Assembly (NCBI GenBank): GCA_043804515.1
Contig: JAZDIZ010000080.1
Location: 1 to 10,686 of the forward strand
DNA from: Pseudomonadota bacterium
GTDB taxonomy: Bacteria; Bdellovibrionota_G; JALEGL01; DATDPG01
DNA: 10,686 nucleotides
Direction: 5' to 3'
Both the position numbers and the translations under genes were made by a program. Every line of letters begins with the position of its first letter. Position 1 is the stretch's first letter. Positions 6,568-10,686 of this stretch are shown in pieces. The notes under the pieces are model-generated. The model was not told the DNA's origin and ran no database searches. It worked only from the letters and a program-made list of their open reading frames with translations.

Positions 6568-8705
6568 CCGCCAATAACACGATCAGCATCTTCGGCCCCA
6601 AAGGTGGGGTTGGAAAAACGCTGCTCGCGGCGAACTTCGCGTTCGCCCTGCTGCGCAAGACCCGCTCCAAAGTGCTCCTGATGGACCTGGATCCGCACGA
6701 CTGCGGCGATATCGCCTTGCTCCTGGGAATGGAGTCGCGCAAGTCGGTCGCCGACCTGGCGCCCGACGCCCACAAGCTGACACCCGCGACTTTGGAAAAC
6801 CAAATCCAGCGGCATTCGGACGGTGTCTACCTCCTGCCTTTGGCCCGTGAGCTGCGCCAAATCGCGGCGGTCGGCCCCGATTCCATGGAGAAGATTCTTT
6901 CCGTCCTTAGGAAGATCTTCGATTTCATCGTCGTGGACTGCGGAAGCGAGTTCCACACGGCGAATGTGAAGGCGTTCGAGGTATCGGGGCTCGTGCTTTT
7001 CCTGACGACGCCGGAGATTCTGACGCTCAGCCGGTCGGTCCAGTCGCTCCAGGAGTTCCAGGCGCTCGCGTTTCCGAGCGATTTGATCCAGATTGTCGTA
7101 AACCGCTACGACCCGAGGGGGGTCATCACGGACCAGATCATCCGCCAGAAGTTACGGATGGAATGCCTCGCGCTGCTGCCCGACGAGCCCAGGGAAATCA
7201 CCGACTCCGTGCACGCCGGCGTCCCGCTCTTCCTGTCCCAACCGCGGGACCCATACAGCCGCGTGGTGGACGAGATGGTGCGGGTGATCCTCACCGACGG
7301 GCTTTTGAAACCCGTCTCCCAGCTCAAGCTCAAGGCTCCCGGATCGGGGGGAGCCACGGCCGGGACGTCCGTTTCCATGGCGGGCCAGCAGCGGATGTAC
7401 GGCCGCCAGGTGGACGAGGAAGCCGAGCGGCAGGCCGACATCCGGATGCGGATCCACCAGCGTTTGATCGAGCTGATGGACTTCCGCAAGCTCTCCACCG
7501 AAGAACTCCTCAAACAGGACGATCGGTCGCTCGCCGAGCTGCGGGCCAAGACCCGTGAGGTGATCGTGGGCATCATCGACAAGATGACCGAGATCACGTC
7601 CCGCGAGGAGCGGCAGAGGCTGCTCAAAGAGGTGCTGGACGAGGCCCTGGCCCTCGGGCCCCTGGAGGACCTCTTGGCCGATCCCGAGGTCTCCGAGATC
7701 CTTGTGAACCGGAGGGACCAGATCTACGTGGAGCGCAAAGGAAAATTGGCGCTCACCAACTGCCGCTTCACCAGCGACAAGCATCTCCTGGGCGTCATCG
7801 AGCGGATCGTGGCGCCGATCGGCCGGCGGATCGACGAGAAAACGCCGATGGTGGACGCCCGCCTGAAAGACGGGTCCAGGGTCCATGCGATCATCCCGCC
7901 CCTGGCCATAGACGGACCGATGCTCACGATCCGGAAGTTTTTCAAGGGGATCTTGGGTCCCGAACAGCTCATCAAGCTGGGGGCGATGACGGAGGACATC
8001 TCCGATTTCTTGCGGGCCTGCGTGCAGTGCCGCCTCAACATCATCATCTCCGGCGGCACGGGCACCGGGAAGACGACGCTCTTGAACGTTATGGCCGGCT
8101 ACATCCCCGCCCACGAGAGGATTCTGACGGTGGAGGATGCGGCGGAACTGCGGCTTCCGCAGGAACACGTGGGGCGCCTGGAAGCCCGGCCTTCCAACTT
8201 GCAGGGGGAAGGCGCCATTCCGATCCGGGAGTTGGTGCGCAATACGCTCCGGATGAGGCCGGACCGGATCATCGTGGGGGAATGCCGCGGCGCCGAGGCC
8301 CTCGACATGTTGCAGGCGATGAACACGGGCCACGATGGCTCCATGACCACACTCCATGCGAATTCCTCCAGGGATTGCATCGCGCGCCTGGAAACCCTGG
8401 TGATGTTCTCCGGACTGGACCTCCCTTCCCGGGCCATCCGCGAGCAGATCGCGAGCGCCATTCAGTTGATCGTACAGTTGACCCGCCTTTCCGACGGATC
8501 CAGAAAGATCACGGCGGTGACTGAAGTGACGGGGATCCACGAGAACAGCGTCCAACTCCAGGACATCTTCCTTTTCCGCCAGAAGGGCGTGGACGCTTCG
8601 GGAAAAGTTCTGGGCGCGTTCGTGGCCACCGGCTTGGTGCCCGGATTCGCCGAGCTCTTCAGACAGAGGGGGATCGCCATGCCGAAATCGCTGGGAGGTA
8701 AATGA
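6564..8705 (+). CDS. cpaF: Fused CpaE/TadZ (MinD/ParA-like) and CpaF/TadA pilus assembly ATPase
   Basis: N-half: GPKGGVGKT deviant Walker A, VLLMDLD, FDFIVVDCG, IVVNRY. C-half: GGTGTGKT, TVEDAAEL, RMRPDRIIVGECRG, NTGHDGSMTTLHANS. One uninterrupted frame. ATG 6564 preferred because ATG 6528 lies inside the palindrome. Confidence 0.93.
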   Translation: MTANNTISIFGPKGGVGKTLLAANFAFALLRKTRSKVLLMDLDPHDCGDIALLLGMESRKSVADLAPDAHKLTPATLENQIQRHSDGVYLLPLARELRQIAAVGPDSMEKILSVLRKIFDFIVVDCGSEFHTANVKAFEVSGLVLFLTTPEILTLSRSVQSLQEFQALAFPSDLIQIVVNRYDPRGVITDQIIRQKLRMECLALLPDEPREITDSVHAGVPLFLSQPRDPYSRVVDEMVRVILTDGLLKPVSQLKLKAPGSGGATAGTSVSMAGQQRMYGRQVDEEAERQADIRMRIHQRLIELMDFRKLSTEELLKQDDRSLAELRAKTREVIVGIIDKMTEITSREERQRLLKEVLDEALALGPLEDLLADPEVSEILVNRRDQIYVERKGKLALTNCRFTSDKHLLGVIERIVAPIGRRIDEKTPMVDARLKDGSRVHAIIPPLAIDGPMLTIRKFFKGILGPEQLIKLGAMTEDISDFLRACVQCRLNIIISGGTGTGKTTLLNVMAGYIPAHERILTVEDAAELRLPQEHVGRLEARPSNLQGEGAIPIRELVRNTLRMRPDRIIVGECRGAEALDMLQAMNTGHDGSMTTLHANSSRDCIARLETLVMFSGLDLPSRAIREQIASAIQLIVQLTRLSDGSRKITAVTEVTGIHENSVQLQDIFLFRQKGVDASGKVLGAFVATGLVPGFAELFRQRGIAMPKSLGGK

Positions 8706-9580
8706 GCTTCGGCCTCCTCATGGGGCTCCTGCTCGTTTTCGCCACGGCCGCAGCGGTCGCCTTCGCCGCCTATTTTTTCTATCCTCGCTTGGAGTCCTCA
8801 GCGCGCCAAAGGCTCTCCGGCTACGTCGCTTGGGTGATCACGACGCAGGATCGGATGTTTCAACCGGTCCCCAAGTCGAAAGTCTATGCGATCCTCGCCG
8901 CCTCGACGGGCGTGTGCGTCCTGGCGGGTTTCCTTCTCTCTTGGGGCTACGGCTGGCTCACCGTGGCGTTCACGCTTGTATTCGGCTGGCTCGGGTGGTC
9001 GGCGCCGCGCGTCTGGATCAACTATCGGTGGCAGCAACGCCTCAAAAAGTTCGACGAGCAGCTGGTGGACGGCCTCAACTTGATGGCGAACTCGCTCAAA
9101 TCCGGCCTGAACTTGAACCAGGTCATCGAGGTCCTGGTGTCCGAAATGCCGATTCCGATCTCGCAGGAATTCGGCCTGGTCATTTCGCAGCAGAAATTGG
9201 GGCTATCGGTCGACGACGCGCTGGAAAAGATGCTGGACCGGATCCCCAGCGACGACCTGGCGGTGGCCATCCACTCGGTCCTGATCCTGCGGGAGACCGG
9301 CGGGGATTTGAGCGAAACGTTCGACGTCATCGCCCAAACGATCCGGGAGCGAAGGAAAGTGGACGGCAAGATCAAGGCGATGACGACACAGGGAAAAACG
9401 CAAGGGTTCCTGCTCGTCATGATGCCCCCGGGGTTGGGGTTGGCGCTCTATTACGTCAACCCCGATTTCCTGACCCCTCTATTCACCACCGAAAAAGGGC
9501 TTCTGATGATTTTGGCGATGGTGGTGCTTCAGGTGATAGGTGCCTTATGGATCAAGAAAATCGTCACGATCGACGTCTGA
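8702..9580 (+). CDS. tadB: TadB inner-membrane platform protein (T2SSF family)
   Basis: FDEQLVDGLNLMANSLKSG, PISQEF, ETGGDLSETFD, IRERRKVDGKIKAMTTQG and C-terminal KKIVTIDV; several TM helices; ATGA overlap with the ATPase stop. Confidence 0.92.
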   Translation: MSFGLLMGLLLVFATAAAVAFAAYFFYPRLESSARQRLSGYVAWVITTQDRMFQPVPKSKVYAILAASTGVCVLAGFLLSWGYGWLTVAFTLVFGWLGWSAPRVWINYRWQQRLKKFDEQLVDGLNLMANSLKSGLNLNQVIEVLVSEMPIPISQEFGLVISQQKLGLSVDDALEKMLDRIPSDDLAVAIHSVLILRETGGDLSETFDVIAQTIRERRKVDGKIKAMTTQGKTQGFLLVMMPPGLGLALYYVNPDFLTPLFTTEKGLLMILAMVVLQVIGALWIKKIVTIDV

Positions 9581-9585
9581 CCCTG

Positions 9586-9615
9586 TGGACTTACGGGGGG
9601 TCGAGACCTTATAAT
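9586..9615 (+). promoter_or_regulatory. Putative sigma70 promoter for the small secreted protein, possibly leaderless
   Basis: TGGACT (9586-9591), 18-nt spacer, perfect TATAAT (9610-9615); ATG at 9622. Confidence 0.55.
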
Positions 9616-9621
9616 GGAGCC

Positions 9622-9921
9622 ATGAGGTTGTTTTTCGTAATCGCTCTGGTCCTCGCCATGGTGGCCGTGCCGGAACGGATCCTGGCGGATCCGGCCGAGG
9701 ACTCGGCCAACATAGGAGCGGTTTATTCGGGCAAGGGCGGAACGTCCTGTCCGAACGGTCCGGGGGCTCAAAAATCCGCCGGCCCGGGCCCGGTTGAATA
9801 CGGGAAGAACTTCAAGGTGAAGGACACGTATTGCCCTCCTCCCGATTTCTGGGGGCACGGGAGTTTCGTAGCCTGCCACACGTTCTGCACGAAGCCCGGG
9901 AACAATTGTCCGACGAACTAG
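9622..9921 (+). CDS. Small secreted Gly/Pro/Cys-containing protein, 99 aa
   Basis: C-terminal part of track ORF 8830..9921. Signal peptide MRLFFVIALVLAMVAVPERILA|DP; 5 Cys; lies in free space after the tadB stop; ends in TAG TAG. Confidence 0.75.
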   Translation: MRLFFVIALVLAMVAVPERILADPAEDSANIGAVYSGKGGTSCPNGPGAQKSAGPGPVEYGKNFKVKDTYCPPPDFWGHGSFVACHTFCTKPGNNCPTN

Positions 9922-10129
9922 TAGGCAGCGATCCAGATCCCGGCATCGGGCAGGAGCTAACGCTAATCATTAAGCCTTAAGGATTCATCCTTGGATTCCA
10001 GATCTAAGAGTTAATCCTTAATCCTTACCAGCCTGCAGAAAAACTGGCATCGAAGTCCGCCAGCGGAGCGTCCCAACCAGAAGAAGGGTTGTTTAGGGGG
10101 AGAACGAGGCGGCCCTGGCCCGGTCGGAG

Positions 10130-10686
10130 TCAGGGGCTACTCGAAAGCATTTCGGCCTCGGATTGAAACATCTTTCCTGCCAAATACTGATTGTGCATCC
10201 GGCATAAGTGCCTGATGTTCTCTTCACTGGATGAGCCACCCGACCAGTACGGATCCATATGGTCGAACTCAAGAAGGTAGCGGCTTTCGCATCGCCGTCC
10301 GCTCTTTGGATCGACATATTCACACTGTCCTTTGGATCGATCCCGAACCATTCGTTTGGCGTCAGCTGCAATATACCGAGTCGGAGGCATGGCGTCGGTC
10401 GAAGAGTCGGGTTGAGTCTTCAACCTTACCGGTAAGGTTAAGGCCTTTTTCCTGTCTTTCCGGCTTGGGTCCTTTTGGCTCAAATAGAACTCCAAACAGA
10501 CGGCAAAAAGCTCGGAAACGCTGCAACGGCCTTTGAGGCCCCAGAACCTCTCCATGGCTTGCCGGGTCTCCTCGGTGACCGGGAACTTCACCTCGCTGAC
10601 CTCCGCCGTGATGGGCCGGACGGTCTCCGACGTAAGGGGTCTTTCAGGAGCCTCTCTCAGAAGGACCTTCTCGGTCTCTCGCTTAC
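10130..10686 (-). CDS. HNH endonuclease domain protein, 5' end beyond the window
   Basis: RYI...VRDRSKGQCEYVDPKSGRRCESRYLLEFDHMDPYWSGGSSSEENIRHLCRMHNQ is an HNH motif with Zn-binding Cys/His. The frame stays open upstream of 10591 to the window edge (KRETEKVLLREAPERPLTSETVRPITAEVSEV). Confidence 0.85.
   Translation of the reverse strand, partial: KRETEKVLLREAPERPLTSETVRPITAEVSEVKFPVTEETRQAMERFWGLKGRCSVSELFAVCLEFYLSQKDPSRKDRKKALTLPVRLKTQPDSSTDAMPPTRYIAADAKRMVRDRSKGQCEYVDPKSGRRCESRYLLEFDHMDPYWSGGSSSEENIRHLCRMHNQYLAGKMFQSEAEMLSSSP

Noticed and set aside
7152..8555. 467-aa minus-strand ORF opposite the ATPase
   Set aside because: Fully overlaps a highly conserved ATPase; typical antisense shadow frame.
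8830..9621. N-terminal 264 codons of the 363-aa ORF 8830..9921, considered as an overlapping gene or frameshift fusion with tadB
   Set aside because: Arg/Gly/Pro-rich off-frame translation of tadB. TadB is complete with its normal C-terminus, and the downstream part has its own ATG and signal peptide.
10074..10094. Intrinsic terminator CAACC...GGTTG-TTT
   Set aside because: Only a 5-bp stem with a large loop and a 3-nt U tract; too weak to call.
10231..10536. 101-aa + strand ORF and the 92-aa minus ORF 10093..10371
   Set aside because: Both overlap the well-supported HNH gene and have no recognisable features.

Overview
A GC-rich bacterial window dominated by a + strand Tad/Flp (type IVb/IVc) pilus locus. 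Gene order: TadE-like pseudopilin, Cys-rich TadG-like protein, a second TadE-like pseudopilin with a long Gly/Ala-zipper repeat region, a secreted hypothetical protein, cpaB/rcpC, a BON-domain secretin (cpaC/rcpA), a single-chain CpaE(TadZ)-CpaF(TadA) double ATPase, and tadB. No tadC, flp pilin or prepilin peptidase lies in the window. After tadB come a 99-aa secreted Cys-containing protein that appears to have its own leaderless promoter, an AT-rich motif patch, and a convergent HNH endonuclease truncated by the right edge. The layout resembles my recollection of the predation-associated tad cluster beside the Bdellovibrio hit locus; this is inference and taxonomy is not verified. The most unusual items are the pseudopilin with toxin-translocation-like helical repeats, a ~121-bp ERIC-like palindrome crossed by an unannotated 53-codon ORF coupled to the ATPase start, and the small secreted protein in the position where tadC is expected.
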